Positions 62,454-64,000 of a DNA stretch of 64,000 nucleotides are shown here, in pieces. Location of the stretch: contig MU054187.1 in NCBI GenBank assembly GCA_013239625.1, forward strand, positions 8,156,358 through 8,220,357. Reading direction: 5' to 3'. The DNA comes from Lama guanicoe. Its lineage: Eukaryota. Each line of letters opens with the position of its first letter. Position 1 is the first letter of the stretch. The notes beneath the pieces were generated by a model that saw only the letters and a program-made list of their open reading frames with translations, was not told the DNA's origin and did not search any database. A program made the position numbers and the translations under genes.

Positions 62454-64000
62454 AAACAAAAGCCCTAATCACAGACATCAGATTAGAAAAAATAGGCTTT
62501 AACACACCCAGTATTTTTTATCCAGTATTTAGATTAAGCTGTCACTGCAATTTCCATCAGCCACCATTAAGTAACTGGTACAATCTGGTACAAGTATGGC
62601 TGAGTAGGAATTTAAAACATAGTGCTTTAAGACAGAATAAAATTGGAATGTCAAGAAATTGGAATTGATTAGAAGATCAGGAGTTAAAAAGTGCAGGGAA
62701 AATATTTACACCGAAGAACAAATACCCAGGAAAGTAAAAACAGAACAAAACAAAACAAAACAAAACAAAAAAACAGTTTTGAAAGCAGACGATACTACTA
62801 AGGCAAAAGGGATGAAATGGAAAGAAATTAAGACTTTGAGATACATTAAGCAAGAACTAAGAGGAGATAAGACTTCAGTTCTGTTCTTAATAGTTCAGTA
62901 GAAGACACTTATGTAGAAAATTCTTAAGGAGCTACTAGGCGTTATTTAAAAGAGTGTTCCTTCACAGGAATGTGTTGCAATGTTGACTGCATTGTGTTAA
63001 AGACAGTTTAAAAAATTGGAAATAAAACTAACAAAATATTACTTTATTCTTCAACTCTTCTCCTATGGATTGAAAGGCAGAATTGTGTTTTTCCTTTTCT
63101 AGTTGTAGGTCAAACTTTTAAAATCAAAATAATAGAATTACTATAATATAGCATATGTTGGGCAAAATATCTTCCTTTTGTCAATTTGTTTAAATACAGA
63201 AATACGTGAAAAAGAGACTCGGTTTAGCCAGTTGTTTCTTACTGGTTTCAGCATTCTTAGCAGGAGTCATGATATATTCAGACAGACAGGATACTTAACT
63301 GGGACCTTCTCAGGGGTTCCCAATAGATGATGTTAATGTGAGAAGTGAGTCCCAGGTCGATGTGCTCAACACTCAGAACCTTGGCCAAGGTCAATTCAAA
63401 GGCTATGACGTTTGGGCTGCTATGGAAACGTCAAGTGGAAAAAGATGTTCTTTTGCTCAGAGCTATGTAGCATCAATTTTTCAGATCAGAGGAATGTATC
63501 CCTTCTCTGGAGGTCTTGGCCTGACTTGACTCTCTCAGTTTCCAGGACTGGGCTGCAGTAGTTGTTCATTTTAATTGCTCGGACAAGATCAGATAATCAA
63601 ATAGAGACTGGCTGTAAGCACTTCATGAATACCTTCTTCAGTAAATGATTTTCACAAACTGGATATACTTAAAGGGATTCAGATTCTGGGACAGGGTTAT
63701 TTTCTACTTAATTTTTCAGTTCAGAAAGCACAAATAAAAGCTAGTAATGATGAATACCTGAATTAGAGATCACGGTTAACACTTAAAGCACAGCTGTGGA
63801 AAAATGAGAAACAACTTTAGCTGTGACCTGGACCCATCTCTCCTGCTATTACCGTTTTACTATCAGCTAATTGACATGGTACAACCCCACAGTACAAGAG
63901 AATTATTAATAAACACTTTAAAAATTGACTGGTTCTTTCGGGCTATTCTCCACACTTCTGCTGTTGTTACTGTAATAACTTTCTGCAGTAACTAACATCT

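Overview
Mammalian genomic DNA with no supportable protein-coding gene. The one firmly identifiable gene is the neuronal microRNA miR-124-2 (hairpin ~57319-57425, + strand; mature miR-124-3p at 57378-57399). It lies in a probable spliced lncRNA host transcript (MIR124-2HG orthologue), whose boundaries are inferred from splice and poly(A) signals. Bases 1-41 kb are AT-rich and strewn with old L1, L2, MIR and MER5 fragments plus short younger L1 3' ends. From ~41 to 62 kb I recognise no transposons. That stretch holds several CpG islands, a long GA tract, a near-perfect REST/RE1 site with two weaker RE1 candidates, a CRE, a strong CTCF motif and a poly(A) signal cluster. The L1 tails look cetartiodactyl, and no ruminant, pig, carnivore, primate or rodent SINEs are visible, which suggests a camelid (inference). 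The long ORFs in the track are best explained by GC-rich or low-complexity sequence. I see no evidence of a novel gene system. The best leads are a lower-stem C-A mismatch in pri-miR-124-2, the RE1 architecture, a divergent transcript candidate and several motif-dense non-coding blocks. All family assignments are by eye and from memory, not from database searches.
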